From Deltaproteobacteria bacterium (GTDB lineage: Bacteria > Desulfobacterota > Deferrisomatia > Deferrisomatales > JACRMM01), in assembly GCA_037446775.1 (NCBI GenBank), contig JBBIIA010000010.1, positions 1 through 54,392 of the forward strand: a DNA stretch of 54,392 nucleotides, written 5' to 3'. The notes under the pieces were generated by a model that did not search any database, was not told where the DNA came from, and worked only from the letters and a program-made list of their open reading frames with translations. Of this stretch, positions 1 to 8,952 are shown piece after piece; the first letter of the stretch is position 1, and every line of letters starts with the position of its first letter. The position numbers were made by a program, and so were the translations under genes.

Positions 1-119
1 GGTCACGGGTCACGGGTCACGGGTCACGGGTCACGGGTCACGGGTGACGGGTGACCGATCACCGATCACCGATCACCGATCACCGATCACCGATCACCAT
101 TCACCGCTCACCGCTCACC
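1..119. repeat. Tandem heptanucleotide array of 17 units (GGTCACG x6, GGTGACG, GGTGACC, GATCACC x6, ATTCACC, GCTCACC x2), truncated by the window edge
   Basis: Read directly. Period 7 is kept exactly over 119 nt. The last unit overlaps the TGA stop (115..117, minus strand) of the polyprenyl synthase gene. Confidence 0.95.
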
Positions 120-1101
120 GACTTCGGGTGACCACGTACTCGGCCACCGCGGCCAGGGCGTCGCGCTCGGGCGCCGGGGCGAAGAGCATCAACTGCTCCT
201 GGGCGATCCGAATCCGCGCCAGGGCCTGCTGGCGGGTGAAGCCGACCCCGTCGTAGCGGCCGATCAAGCCAAAGACAGCGTCGCGCTCGGCCGCGGTGAG
301 CTCCTCGGCCTCCACCGCCGCCTGCACCAGGGCCCGCTCCCCGTCGGTGCAGTGGCGCACCGCGTGGATCAGGGGCAGGGTGATCTTCCCCTCCGCCAGG
401 TCGGCGCCGATGGCCTTGCCGAAGGCCTCGCCCTCCGCCACGTAGTCCAGACAGTCGTCCATCAACTGAAACGCAACCCCCACCTCGAGCCCGAAGCGGC
501 GCAGGGCCCCAACCTGTTCCTCCGGGGCGCCACCTAAGAGCGCCCCGATCTCGCACGCCGCCGCGATCAGCACCGCAGTCTTGTTCACCACCACTTCAAA
601 GTACCGCTCCTCCGAGACCTCGAGGTCGCAGGTGTTGAGGAGCTGGAGCACCTCTCCCTCGGCCATCTGGGTCGTCGCCGCGCTCATCGCCCGCAATACC
701 CGGAGGTCGCCGTCCGCCGCCAGGAGCGAAAACGACTTGGTGAAGAGGAAGTCCCCCACCAGCACGCTCGCCGAGTTGCCCCACACCGCGTTGGCCGCCC
801 GCTGCCCCCGCCGCAGGTTGGCGCTATCCACCACGTCGTCGTGCAGAAGCGTCGCGGTGTGAATGAACTCGACGATGGAGGCCAGCGGCACGCTCCGCTC
901 CCCCCGGTACCCGCACAGCCGCGCGCACAAGAGAAGCAGGAGCGGCCGCAGCCGCTTGCCCCCGCTGCTCAGGATGTAGCGCCCCATGGTGGGGATGAGG
1001 GGGACCTCGGACCGGAGGTGCTCCTCAAACTGCGCCTCCACCTTCTGGAGGTCCTCCTGCACCAGGGCGAGGACGCTCGTCATTTCCATCGGTTGCTCCA
1101 C
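115..1101 (-). CDS. Polyprenyl (long-chain, octaprenyl/heptaprenyl-type) diphosphate synthase
   Basis: 328-aa ORF with both aspartate-rich motifs (LLHDDVVD and FQLMDDCLD) and the GGKRLRP motif typical of trans-isoprenyl diphosphate synthases. Confidence 0.9.
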   Translation of the reverse strand: MEQPMEMTSVLALVQEDLQKVEAQFEEHLRSEVPLIPTMGRYILSSGGKRLRPLLLLLCARLCGYRGERSVPLASIVEFIHTATLLHDDVVDSANLRRGQRAANAVWGNSASVLVGDFLFTKSFSLLAADGDLRVLRAMSAATTQMAEGEVLQLLNTCDLEVSEERYFEVVVNKTAVLIAAACEIGALLGGAPEEQVGALRRFGLEVGVAFQLMDDCLDYVAEGEAFGKAIGADLAEGKITLPLIHAVRHCTDGERALVQAAVEAEELTAAERDAVFGLIGRYDGVGFTRQQALARIRIAQEQLMLFAPAPERDALAAVAEYVVTRSR

Positions 1102-1117
1102 TCCAGCAGCGGCCGCC

Positions 1118-1897
1118 CTAGCCGCGGGCCCCGGTTTCGCCCCGACCCGCCACCAGCCGGCCGAGGGCCTTTTCCACTTCCGCCAGGTCGACCACGGTAT
1201 TGAAGCACGGCCCCCGGGGCCGTTGGTTGAGGATTCCGTACACCGGCAGGGGATGGGCGTCCTGGATGCCGCTCGTCAGGTCGCGCTCGCACGCCACCGC
1301 CAAGATCAACTGGGGGCGCTGCTCGACGATGATGCGCCGGGCGATGGTGCCGCCGGTGGCGACCCGGAGGTGCACTCCGTGCCGCTCCCCCAGCTCCAGA
1401 AGGCCCGCGATGGGGCACTGGCCGCAGCCCCGGCAGTTGGCGATGTCCCCGGTAATGCGCACGTCGCAGGAGTCCACCTGCAAGCAGTGGGGCAGGAGGA
1501 TCAGGATGTCCCGGGGCGGCGCCCGCCACCCCGAGCGGAGCACCAGCTGGTTGTTAACCGCCACGAAGGAGCGCTCCACCCGCTCCTTGGGGATCCCGAA
1601 CAGCCGGGCCACCCCCACCAGGGGCGGGAACACCCCCCGGACCAGCAAGCCCCGGAGCCTTCGGGTGCCCGGCAGATCCCGTTCGAAGAGGGTCGCGAAG
1701 ACCAGGATCCCGATCCCCGCCCACAAGAGGAGCGCCAGCACCCCCAGGACCGCCCCCAACAGCATCGGCAGCCACCGCCCCACGCCCCCGTAAAGCTGGG
1801 GCAGCACCCACACCGCGACCCCTCCGCCCCCGAGCACCAGCCCGGTCCCCAGCAGCAGGCCGAGGAACAAGCGCTTGCCGCCCCCGGCCTCACCCAT
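1118..1897 (-). CDS. DUF116 family membrane protein
   Basis: C-terminal 259 aa of ORF 1118..2326, starting at MGEAGGGKR (ATG at 1897). Has N-terminal TM helices, then a LLPHCLQ...CRGCGQCPI...LAVACERDL pattern typical of DUF116. The start overlaps the fmt stop by 8 nt. Confidence 0.75.
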   Translation of the reverse strand: MGEAGGGKRLFLGLLLGTGLVLGGGGVAVWVLPQLYGGVGRWLPMLLGAVLGVLALLLWAGIGILVFATLFERDLPGTRRLRGLLVRGVFPPLVGVARLFGIPKERVERSFVAVNNQLVLRSGWRAPPRDILILLPHCLQVDSCDVRITGDIANCRGCGQCPIAGLLELGERHGVHLRVATGGTIARRIIVEQRPQLILAVACERDLTSGIQDAHPLPVYGILNQRPRGPCFNTVVDLAEVEKALGRLVAGRGETGARG

Positions 1898-2840
1898 GCC
1901 ACGGCCTCCCGAGCCGATCGCCGACCCGCAGCGCCCCGCCCCGGGCGTAGGCAGCCCCGGCCATGGGCCGCTTCCCCTCGGGGTGGACCTCCAGGAGGGC
2001 GACGGCCCCCGTCCCGCACCCGACGACCGGGCCGTCGGCGGTGAGCGCCAGCACCTCCCCTGGCGCGCCCTCCCCGGCCGCCAAGCGGACCCGCAGGAGC
2101 TTGACCGCCCCCCCCCCGACCCCGCAGACCGCCCCGGGGGTCGGGGCCAGGGCGTGCACCTGGCCCTGGACCGCCGCCGCGGGGCGGCTCCAGTCCACCG
2201 GCCGCTGCTCCCGGGTGAGGAGCTGGGTGAGGGTCGCGGCGGCGGGGTCCTGGGGTCGCGGCTCGATCGCCCCGGCCCGCAGGCCCTGGAGGGTCTCGAC
2301 CAGGAGCCGGGCGCCCGTCCGGGCAAGCAGGTCCTCGAGCTCGCCCCGGGTCGCCTCGGGCGGCCGGGGAAAGGCCTCCTGGAGGAGGACCGGCCCCTCG
2401 TCGAGGCCTTCGTCGAGGAACATGGTGGAGTTGCCCACGGTCGGGTCCCCGGCCAGGATCGCGCCAGCGATGGGGGACGCCCCCCGGTGCCGGGGCAGGA
2501 GGCTCGGATGGAGATTCACCACGCCGCCCCGGGGCAGGGCCAGGAGCCGCCGCTGCAAGAGCCCCCCGTAGGCGACCACGGTTAGGAACTCGGGCTCCAG
2601 GGCGGCGAGGGTGGCCGCCACCGCCTCGGTGTTGACGCTCTCGATCTGGAGCAGCGGCAGCCCGAGCCGGCGCGCCGCCTCGGCCACCGGCGGCGGCTCC
2701 GGATGGCGCCCCCGGCCCCGGGGACGATCGGGCTGGGTAACCACCAGGGCCACCCGTTCGCTTCGGACCACCAGGGCATCGAGGCTCGGCACCGCGAAGG
2801 CCGGGGTGCCGAGAAACACCACCGCCCCCCCGGGGGTCAC
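1890..2840 (-). CDS. fmt: Methionyl-tRNA formyltransferase
   Basis: VVFLGTPAFAVPSLDAL...VVTQPDRPRGRG...NLHPSLLPRHRGASPI motifs. The GTG start at 2840 overlaps the def TGA stop (GTGA). The upstream part of ORF 1890..3464 is an out-of-gene extension. Confidence 0.9.
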   Translation of the reverse strand: MTPGGAVVFLGTPAFAVPSLDALVVRSERVALVVTQPDRPRGRGRHPEPPPVAEAARRLGLPLLQIESVNTEAVAATLAALEPEFLTVVAYGGLLQRRLLALPRGGVVNLHPSLLPRHRGASPIAGAILAGDPTVGNSTMFLDEGLDEGPVLLQEAFPRPPEATRGELEDLLARTGARLLVETLQGLRAGAIEPRPQDPAAATLTQLLTREQRPVDWSRPAAAVQGQVHALAPTPGAVCGVGGGAVKLLRVRLAAGEGAPGEVLALTADGPVVGCGTGAVALLEVHPEGKRPMAGAAYARGGALRVGDRLGRPWHG

Positions 2841-3349
2841 GGGCTGGCGCCTGCGGCCGCCTTGCTTCGGCGCGCCGCGTAGCGGCTCCGCTTGAGCTGG
2901 CTCAAGCGATCGAGGAAGAGGACCCCGTCCAAGTGATCGATCTCGTGCTGGAGGGCCACGGCGAGGAGCTCCTCCCCCGCCACCTCCACGGGCCGACCGT
3001 CGAGGCCCAGGCCCCGCACCACGATGCGGGAGCAGCGGGTGACGTTCTCCCGTAGGTCGGGGACCGACAGGCACCCCTCTTCCATCCGCTGCTGCCCCTC
3101 CTGGCAGACGATCTCGGGGTTGAGGAGCACGACCCGGGCCTCCGGGTCCTCCCCGCCGGAGAGGTCCACCACGATCAAGCGGCTCGGCACCCCCACCTGG
3201 GGAGCGGCGAGACCGATCCCCGGCGCTCGGTACATGGTCTCGAGCATATCGTGGGCGAGTCGGCGCACCGTGTCGTCCACGGCCCGGATCTCTTCGGCCC
3301 GCTGGCGCAGGGTGGGGTGGGGGAACTGCAAGATCTCGAGCACGGCCAT
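2837..3349 (-). CDS. def: Peptide deformylase
   Basis: 170-aa product MAVLEILQFPHPTLR... with GIGLAAPQVG, EGCLSVP and HEIDHLDG metal-binding motifs. ATG at 3349. Confidence 0.95.
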   Translation of the reverse strand: MAVLEILQFPHPTLRQRAEEIRAVDDTVRRLAHDMLETMYRAPGIGLAAPQVGVPSRLIVVDLSGGEDPEARVVLLNPEIVCQEGQQRMEEGCLSVPDLRENVTRCSRIVVRGLGLDGRPVEVAGEELLAVALQHEIDHLDGVLFLDRLSQLKRSRYAARRSKAAAGASP

Positions 3350-3427
3350 GGGATCGCCTCGGGGGCTTGGGAAGGGAGCGCCGAGCCGGGACTGTACCGA
3401 AGGGCTCCGGCCCAAGCAAGCGGGGAG

Positions 3428-3471
3428 AAAACGCGTGGAGGGGTGGCCCGAGCCACCCCTCCACGCGTTTT
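3428..3471 (-). terminator. Intrinsic-terminator-like hairpin downstream of the multiheme cytochrome gene
   Basis: Perfect inverted repeat AAAACGCGTGGAGGGGTGGC / GCCACCCCTCCACGCGTTTT with a CCGA loop. It is flanked by T-runs in both orientations and lies 16 nt after the stop at 3487. Confidence 0.75.
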
Positions 3472-3486
3472 CGGGGCCTAAACCGG

Positions 3487-5706
3487 CTACTTGTACTGGT
3501 CCGCCGGCAGGGTGCGGATGGTGGTGTAGCGCTGGAGCTTCTGGCGGGCCCCGGCGATCAGCACCTTCACCCGTTCCGCGAGCTCCTGGGCGAAGCCGTG
3601 GTTGTGCACCGCGTTCCCCTTCACCAGGAGGATCAGGTTCTTCTCGGCGTTGTTTACGTAGTCCTGGGCGTCGTAGGTGTACTGACCCTTCTGGATGGCC
3701 GCTAGGATCGCCCGCTGCACCGCCTCGAGATCGCTCCGGAGGCTTTCGACCGGGATCGCGGCCGCCTTGGCCTTCCAGTCGGCCACCATGGGCCCGTAGC
3801 TGTCGTCGTGGCACTCCACGCAGGTGGCGGTGACCCCCTCGGTGGTGCTGGCCTTGCCGTCGGCGATCTCCACGTGGCACTCGGCGCAGGAGACCCCCTC
3901 GGCCATGACGTTGGGCGTCCCGCGGACGTCGCAGTTCTCCTCGTCGCAGGCGTTCTGCCCGTTGTACAGGTTGTGGTTCTCCACGTGGCAGTCCGCGCAA
4001 GCGACCGCGCCGGCACCCGACCCGTGGTGGCAGTCGCTGCACCCCTTGAGGAAGGTGAGGCCGTGGCGCTCCCGCGGGGTGTGGCAGTCCTGGCAGCCCA
4101 TCCCCTCGTCGTTGACGTGGATGTCATGGGGGAACTGGACGTTCCCGAAGGGCACCGGGGTGGTCTCGATGCACTCCACACAGGAGTGGCACAGCTGGGT
4201 GCACCCGGAGGGGGAGACCACGGCCGCCATCTTGTAGCCCGAAACCACCAGGCTCCGGGCCTTTTCGGCGCGCTCGCGGCAGTCCGCGAGGACCTTCAGG
4301 GCATAATCCATGTTGTGGAGGCCCCGCCCAGCGCGGACGAAGGCCAGGTTCTTCTCCGCCACGTCGAGGAGCTTGGCCGCCTCGGCGGCCCCGGCGCTCC
4401 CCCGGTTCGCGCCCACCTCGCGGCGGGCCGCCCCCAAGCCGTCCTCGGCCCGCTTGAGCTCCTCGGTCAACAGCTTCTTCCAGTGCTCGGCCATGTCGTC
4501 GTACCCGGCGCCGTGGCAGTCAGAGCACGCCTTAATCACGTCCTCGTACTTATGCCGGAAGGAGGTCTGGGTCGTGCCCCCGCTCTCCGTCAGGTAGATG
4601 TGGCAGCTGCCGCAGTCGGCGTGGGCGGCATACATCGGGCTCGGCAGGTCGGCCACCTCGGCGGCCCCGGTGCCGCGGTACATCTGGCTGATGGCGTCGT
4701 GCTTACCAAAGGAGTGGCACTTCACGCAGTTGTCGTCGTAGTGAAAGCCGCTCAAGCCCGCGGGCCGCCGGGCCTTGGCTGGCTTGTCGCCGTAGCGGGC
4801 GATGCCGGGCCGCAGGATGCCGTGCTCGATCTCGGTGTGGCAACGGAAGCACTCGACCTTGAACTGGGTGACGTGCTCCTGGTGAATGATCTCGCTGGTG
4901 AAACGGCTCAAGAGGATCCTGGGCTCGGCGTGGCACTGGACGCAGGAGTTGTCCTTGAGGTGCCCGTCGCCGAACACCACGTCGAAGTGGCACTGCCCGC
5001 ACACCACGCCCCGGTCGAGGTAGTCCTTGTGGACGAAGGGCATGTGCTCGTTGGCGTTGATGTAGATCTTCGCCTTCATCTGCACGTGGCACAGGTTGCA
5101 GTTGGCCAGGGCCGGGTCCTGCTCCTCGCCGTAAAAGTGGCAGATGAAGCAGGTGCTCTCGGTGACGGTGAGGTGGTCCCCCTGGACGATCTGGGAGTGG
5201 CAGGTGACGCACTTGAGCTTCTTGCCCCGCCGCAGTTCCCCCAGGTGGGTGGCGTGGCTGAAGGTCACCCCCTTGAAGGTGACCGGCTCGACCCCAAGGT
5301 CGGCGGTCGAGTGGCAGCCCTGCCGCAGGCAGCTCGCGTCGCTGATCTGGGTGTGGGGCCGGGAGGGGATCTTGCCGGTGATCACCTGGACGATGTGGGT
5401 CTGGGCCTTCCACTTGCCCTTCAGTTCGCCGAGAACCCCGGGCTCGAAGTGGCACGCCAGGCAGCTCACCTCGCGGTGGCTCGACTGCTCCCAGCTCTCG
5501 ATGTAGGTCTGCATGTTGTGGCAGGAGCCGCAGAACTTGGGCGAGGCGGTGGCCTTGAGGGCGACCACGGTGAGCACGATGAGGCCGAGAAACGCGACCC
5601 CGCAAAACACCAGCAGGCCCTTCCAGTGGGCCCGGGTCCCCCGCATCGCTTCCCGAGAGAAGTCCCGCACGAAGTCCCGCAGGAGTCTCCACATCTCCTT
5701 TAGCAT
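3487..5706 (-). CDS. Membrane-anchored multiheme c-type cytochrome (NapC/NirT-like N-terminus, about 16 CXXCH sites)
   Basis: Start chosen at MLKEMWRLL (ATG 5706, preceded by GGAGGAGCGAGG). Has one N-terminal TM helix followed by FCGSCH...CLACH. I counted 16 CXXCH motifs plus CLRQGCH and CTQLCH variants. The 57-aa extension in the track is probably not translated. Confidence 0.9.
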   Translation of the reverse strand: MLKEMWRLLRDFVRDFSREAMRGTRAHWKGLLVFCGVAFLGLIVLTVVALKATASPKFCGSCHNMQTYIESWEQSSHREVSCLACHFEPGVLGELKGKWKAQTHIVQVITGKIPSRPHTQISDASCLRQGCHSTADLGVEPVTFKGVTFSHATHLGELRRGKKLKCVTCHSQIVQGDHLTVTESTCFICHFYGEEQDPALANCNLCHVQMKAKIYINANEHMPFVHKDYLDRGVVCGQCHFDVVFGDGHLKDNSCVQCHAEPRILLSRFTSEIIHQEHVTQFKVECFRCHTEIEHGILRPGIARYGDKPAKARRPAGLSGFHYDDNCVKCHSFGKHDAISQMYRGTGAAEVADLPSPMYAAHADCGSCHIYLTESGGTTQTSFRHKYEDVIKACSDCHGAGYDDMAEHWKKLLTEELKRAEDGLGAARREVGANRGSAGAAEAAKLLDVAEKNLAFVRAGRGLHNMDYALKVLADCRERAEKARSLVVSGYKMAAVVSPSGCTQLCHSCVECIETTPVPFGNVQFPHDIHVNDEGMGCQDCHTPRERHGLTFLKGCSDCHHGSGAGAVACADCHVENHNLYNGQNACDEENCDVRGTPNVMAEGVSCAECHVEIADGKASTTEGVTATCVECHDDSYGPMVADWKAKAAAIPVESLRSDLEAVQRAILAAIQKGQYTYDAQDYVNNAEKNLILLVKGNAVHNHGFAQELAERVKVLIAGARQKLQRYTTIRTLPADQYK

Positions 5707-5975
5707 CCTCGCTCCTCCGCTCACTAAAAATGGAATGGCTCCAAAAAAGCACAGCCGAAGAGGGAATACCACGAAGCGCCCCAGGATTTCAAGCGCCGAG
5801 CGACCCCGGAGCAGGCCAGGGTGAGCCCCTCGAGTCAGGGGTCGCGGCGATCCCCCGAGCCCCGCTCCTGGGGCCAATTCCCCGTGTCAGTTCGGCCGCT
5901 TGACTCCCCTTTTCCCATGGTCTACGGTACTCCTCCCTGGCCCACCCCTCCCCCGCACCGGGAGTCTCGCCCATC

Positions 5976-6560
5976 GTGAGTCGCCTCATCCTCGCCTCGG
6001 CCTCCCCGCGCCGCCAGGAGCTCCTGGCGGCCCTGGGGATCCCCTTCGACCTCGTCCCGAGCCAGGCCGACGAGACCCTGCGGGAGGGCATCGGCCTGCC
6101 CCAGGCCCTCGAGGAGGTGGCCCTGCGCAAAGCGCGGGCGGTGGCGAAGGGCCAGGGCTCGGACGCCTGGGTGCTCGGCGCCGACACCGAAGTCGCCCTG
6201 GGGAACCAGATCCTGGGGAAGCCCCGGGATCCGGAAGACGCCCGGGCGATGCTGCGGGCCCTCTCGGGGCGGACCCATCGGGTGTTGACGGCGGTCGCCC
6301 TGGTGGGGGGCGACGTGGAACATCGCCTGTCCGTCGCCACCGAGGTGCGCTTTCGGGCCCTCACCGCCGGCGAGATCGCCTGGTACGCCGACCTCGCCGA
6401 GCCCTACGACAAGGCCGGGGGGTATGCGATCCAGGGGCGGGGGGCGTTCCTGGTGGCCGACCTCAAGGGCTCCTACACCAACGTGGTGGGCCTGCCGGTG
6501 GCGGAAACTGCCGCCCTCCTGGCGGAGGTCGGCTTTTGCCCCTGGGCTGGTCATGGCTGA
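5976..6560 (+). CDS. maf: Maf-like nucleoside triphosphate pyrophosphatase / septum formation protein
   Basis: MSRLILASASPRRQELL...GKP...AGGYAIQG pattern. GTG start. Confidence 0.9.
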   Translation: MSRLILASASPRRQELLAALGIPFDLVPSQADETLREGIGLPQALEEVALRKARAVAKGQGSDAWVLGADTEVALGNQILGKPRDPEDARAMLRALSGRTHRVLTAVALVGGDVEHRLSVATEVRFRALTAGEIAWYADLAEPYDKAGGYAIQGRGAFLVADLKGSYTNVVGLPVAETAALLAEVGFCPWAGHG

Positions 6561-7248
6561 CGGCGTCGTCGCCCGCCTCGACCGCGCCAAGGCGGCGGTC
6601 GCCGCCGCCGCCCGCCGCGCGGGGCGAAACCCCGGGGAGGTCGCCGTGGTGGCGGTGACCAAGACCGTGCCGCCCGAGGTCGTGCGGGAGGCGTACGAGG
6701 CCGGCCACCGCTCCTTCGGCGAGAGCTACGTCCAGGAGGCCCTGGGCAAGATCGATCGGCTCCCCCCCGACGCCCGCTGGCATATGATCGGCCACTTGCA
6801 GAGCAACAAGGCCAAGCGCGCCGTCGAGCTCTTCGCCTCGGTGGAGAGCCTCGACCGCGAATCCCTCGCCCGGGCCCTGGAAGCCGCGGCGCGGGCCCGG
6901 GGTGCGCTCCTGGAGGTGCTCTTGCAGGTGCACGTGGGCGACGAAGCTTCGAAGCACGGGGCGACCTTCGAGGGCGCCGAGGCCCTCGCCCGCCGGGCCG
7001 CCGAGTGGCCGAGCCTGCGGCTCCGTGGCCTCATGGCCATTCCGCCCTACCGGGAGGATCCCGAGGCCGCCCGCGCCGACTTTAGGGCCCTGCGGGAGCT
7101 GCGGGACCATTTGCACCGGCTCCGGCTCCCGGGGGTGGAGATGGCGGAGTTGAGCATGGGCATGAGCCACGACTTCGAGGTTGCGGTAGAAGAAGGCGCC
7201 ACCCGGGTGCGCATCGGGACCGCGATCTTTGGCGAGCGCGCCCCGTGA
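6553..7248 (+). CDS. yggS: YggS-family pyridoxal-phosphate homeostasis protein
   Basis: Starts at MADGVVARL (ATG 6553, overlapping the maf stop by 8 nt). VAVTKT (PLP lysine), HMIGHLQSNK and SMGMSHDF motifs. Confidence 0.9.
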   Translation: MADGVVARLDRAKAAVAAAARRAGRNPGEVAVVAVTKTVPPEVVREAYEAGHRSFGESYVQEALGKIDRLPPDARWHMIGHLQSNKAKRAVELFASVESLDRESLARALEAAARARGALLEVLLQVHVGDEASKHGATFEGAEALARRAAEWPSLRLRGLMAIPPYREDPEAARADFRALRELRDHLHRLRLPGVEMAELSMGMSHDFEVAVEEGATRVRIGTAIFGERAP

Positions 7249-7280
7249 CCGGGGGCGCGCCGAGGCGTAGCGAGGAGCGG

Positions 7281-8093
7281 ATGCAGACGCTGCCCCGCCT
7301 GGCCGTGATCGGCCTGGGCAACATGGGAGAAGCCCTGGTGAAAGGCCTCTTGGACCGCGGCGCCGCGGCCCCCACCGCGGTGGTGGGCGCAGAGGTGCTG
7401 GCGCCCCGGGCCGCGGAAGCGAGCGGTCGCCTCGGCATCGCGGTGCACACAGAAGCGACCGAGGCGTGCCGGGGGGCCGGGGCCATCGTCCTGGCGGTGA
7501 AGCCCAAGGACGCCGAGACGATTCTCGGGCAGGTGGGCCCGGTGGCGCCGGGCGCCCTGGTGGTGAGCATCTGCGCGGGGGTGTCCCTGGCCCGCCTGGA
7601 GGCCCAGCTCCCGGCGGGGGCGCCGGTGGTGCGGTGCATGCCCAACACCCCCGCGGTGGTGGGCCTGGGGGCGAGCGTGTACTGCGCCAACCGCCACGTG
7701 GGTGCCGAGGGCCGCCGCACCGTCGAGGCCCTCCTGGGAGCCCTGGGGGAGGTGTACGCGGTGGAGCAGGAACCCCTCCTGGACACGGTGACCGGCTTGT
7801 CCGGCAGCGGCCCCGCCTACGCCTTTGCCTTCCTCGAAGCCCTGGCGGACGGAGGCGTGCTGATGGGGCTCCCCCGCACCCTGGCCCGGGCCCTGGCCGC
7901 CCAAACCGTGCTGGGCGCGGCGCGCCTCGCCCAGGTGTCGGGGGAGCACATCTCCGAGCTCCGGGACCGGGTCACCACCCCGGGGGGGACCACTGCCGCC
8001 GCCCTACGGGAGCTCGAGCTGCGCGGCTTTCGGAGCGCCGTGATCGAAGCCGTCCGGGCGGCGACCCTGCGCTCCCGCGAGCTGGGAGGCTGA
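7281..8093 (+). CDS. proC: Pyrroline-5-carboxylate reductase
   Basis: MQTLPRLAVIGLGNMGEAL Rossmann N-terminus and the C-terminal VTTPGGTTAAAL motif. ATG 7281 is preceded by GAGGAG. The track ORF starts 36 nt earlier. Confidence 0.9.
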   Translation: MQTLPRLAVIGLGNMGEALVKGLLDRGAAAPTAVVGAEVLAPRAAEASGRLGIAVHTEATEACRGAGAIVLAVKPKDAETILGQVGPVAPGALVVSICAGVSLARLEAQLPAGAPVVRCMPNTPAVVGLGASVYCANRHVGAEGRRTVEALLGALGEVYAVEQEPLLDTVTGLSGSGPAYAFAFLEALADGGVLMGLPRTLARALAAQTVLGAARLAQVSGEHISELRDRVTTPGGTTAAALRELELRGFRSAVIEAVRAATLRSRELGG

Positions 8094-8096
8094 GCC

Positions 8097-8396
8097 GTGT
8101 TCATCGTCGCGAACTTCCTCGCCGGGGTCGCCCAGGTCCTGGACCTGGCCCTCAACGTGTACTTCTGGCTGGTGGTGGCCCGGGCCGTTCTCTCCTGGGT
8201 CAACCCCGACCCGTACAACCCCATCGTCCGCTTCCTGTACCGGGCCACCGACCCGGTCCTCCACTGGGTGCGCCGCAAGGTGCCCGCGGCCTTCGGGGGG
8301 GTCGATCTGTCGCCGCTCCTGGTCATCTTGGCGATCTACTTCCTGCGGAGCTTCCTGGTCCAGAGCCTTTTCGACCTCTCCCAACGCCTGCACTGA
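8097..8396 (+). CDS. yggT: YggT-family integral membrane protein
   Basis: 99 aa with two hydrophobic segments and the LSWVNPDPYNPIVRFLYRATDPVL signature of YggT/Ycf19. Confidence 0.85.
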   Translation: MFIVANFLAGVAQVLDLALNVYFWLVVARAVLSWVNPDPYNPIVRFLYRATDPVLHWVRRKVPAAFGGVDLSPLLVILAIYFLRSFLVQSLFDLSQRLH

Positions 8397-8407
8397 GGGG
8401 GAACCCC

Positions 8408-8902
8408 ATGCGCCTGACCGCCCTGGACATCCACGAGCAGACGTTCCGGGTCGCCTTTCGGGGCTTCGACGCCGGGGAGGTGGACGCCTTCCTCCAGCGG
8501 GTGGCCGACGAAATGGCGCGCCTCACCGAGGAGCGGGACGAGGCCCGCACGTCCCTGGAGCAGGAGCTCCGCGCGCGGCGGACCCTGGAGGAGGCCCTGG
8601 CCAGCGCCCGGACCGTGCAGGAGGGCATGCTGGAAAAAGCTCGCCTCGAAGCCGAGGGGATTCGTCTGGCGGCCCAGGTGCGGGCGGAACGGACCCTGGC
8701 CGAGGCCAACGAGGCGGTGGTGAAGGTCCGGCGCGAGGTGCGCGCCCTGGAGGAGCGCCGAGCCCTCGGGCTGGCCGACCTCGGGGCCCTGGCCGAGGCC
8801 CTCGGGGCCTGGGTCGCGGCAAAGGAGCGGGTACCCGCCGAGGCGCTCGCCCTGGCCTCCGGGGGGAGCCCGGCCGACGCCGAGGTGGGCGCGAACGGCT
8901 GA
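8408..8902 (+). CDS. DivIVA-domain protein
   Basis: MRLTALDIHEQTFRVAFRGFDAGEVDAFLQRV N-terminus followed by a coiled coil. Lies at the end of ORF 7466..8902. Sits in the conserved yggS-proC-yggT-divIVA neighbourhood. Confidence 0.85.
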   Translation: MRLTALDIHEQTFRVAFRGFDAGEVDAFLQRVADEMARLTEERDEARTSLEQELRARRTLEEALASARTVQEGMLEKARLEAEGIRLAAQVRAERTLAEANEAVVKVRREVRALEERRALGLADLGALAEALGAWVAAKERVPAEALALASGGSPADAEVGANG

Positions 8903-8952
8903 CGAGGGGACCCTCCTGGTCCGGGGCCTCGCCGCCGCCGTGCGCGCGGCCC

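Noticed and set aside
1-119. CRISPR array interpretation of the short-unit repeat arrays (1..119, 29429..29467, 34719..34788).
   Set aside because: The units are 7 nt and directly abutting, with no spacers. There are no cas genes in the window. These are microsatellite-like tandem repeats, not CRISPRs.
3808-5703. 631-aa plus-strand ORF antisense to the multiheme cytochrome gene. Similar long shadow ORFs occur at 986..2044, 8336..10756, 9055..10734, 12894..14876, 14330..15628, 18893..20056, 20854..23232, 22377..24584 (upstream part), 24592..26502, 35949..39026, 36125..39193, 46438..48483 and 51265..52743.
   Set aside because: Their composition is dominated by Arg/Pro/Gly/Ala/His, as expected for off-frame reading of GC3-rich genes. 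They have no recognisable motifs, and each fully overlaps a gene with clear family signatures on the other strand or in another frame.
5707-5975. Sigma54-type -24/-12 element upstream of the 16-heme cytochrome gene (a TGGTAT... stretch on the minus strand).
   Set aside because: GG and GC are not at the canonical spacing. The resemblance is superficial.
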